Source: a virus (taxonomy: Duplodnaviria; Caudoviricetes). From it: DNA of 64,000 bases. The notes beneath the pieces are model-generated. The model saw only the letters and a program-made list of their open reading frames with translations, was not told the origin of the DNA and did not search any database. The position numbers and the translations under genes are program-made. Positions 63,879 through 64,000 of the stretch are shown piece by piece. Location of the stretch: IMG/VR virus record IMGVR_UViG_2700988815_000001, positions 34,288-98,287 of that record, one strand, 5' to 3'. The stretch's first letter is position 1. Each line of letters opens with the position of its first letter.

Positions 63879-64000
63879 TTAACCCCCAAAGGGTACAACC
63901 AAAGGGCGAGCCATCCCTAATGAGAACAACTATTGAGTGAGAATGCCTCTCATTATTTTCATTTTACGGGCGGCCAACCATCGGGCTGTTGTCATTGGTT

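Overview
This 64-kb window is most of the genome of a lytic, contractile-tailed (myovirus-type) dsDNA phage. Gene order and content resemble PAK_P1/phiPsa374-like Pseudomonas phages, but the host and lineage are inferred and were not searched. Layout: 1-24.3 kb is the virion module (end of TerL, portal, head, neck, sheath/tube, frameshifted tail chaperone, tape measure, baseplate, two fibres) plus a lysis cassette. 24.3-25.5 kb is a small minus-strand island. 25.5-55.5 kb carries replication and nucleotide metabolism genes (primase-helicase, PolA, SSB, exonuclease, ThyX, NrdB/NrdA, glutaredoxin, MazG-like) and many small ORFs. 55.9-63.1 kb is an early/host-takeover region with about 11 sigma70-type promoters, flanked by repeat-rich non-coding DNA. 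No integrase, CRISPR array or canonical tRNA was seen. Most interesting signals: (1) a self-contained unit of a coiled-coil protein gene (28044-28661) followed by a ~290-nt structured non-coding RNA holding twelve 7-nt AA-led repeats; (2) four paralogous small proteins ending in W-x-(S/A/Y)-S-x-x-x-C next to a nucleotidyltransferase-fold gene; (3) a tRNA-mimic-like RNA on a 19-bp stem (57882-57989); (4) a ~240-nt multibranched RNA at the divergent promoter (25569-25804); (5) a parS-like palindrome and Fur-box-like motifs flanking the early region. All product calls come from motif reading and gene order only; no database searches or folding programs were run.
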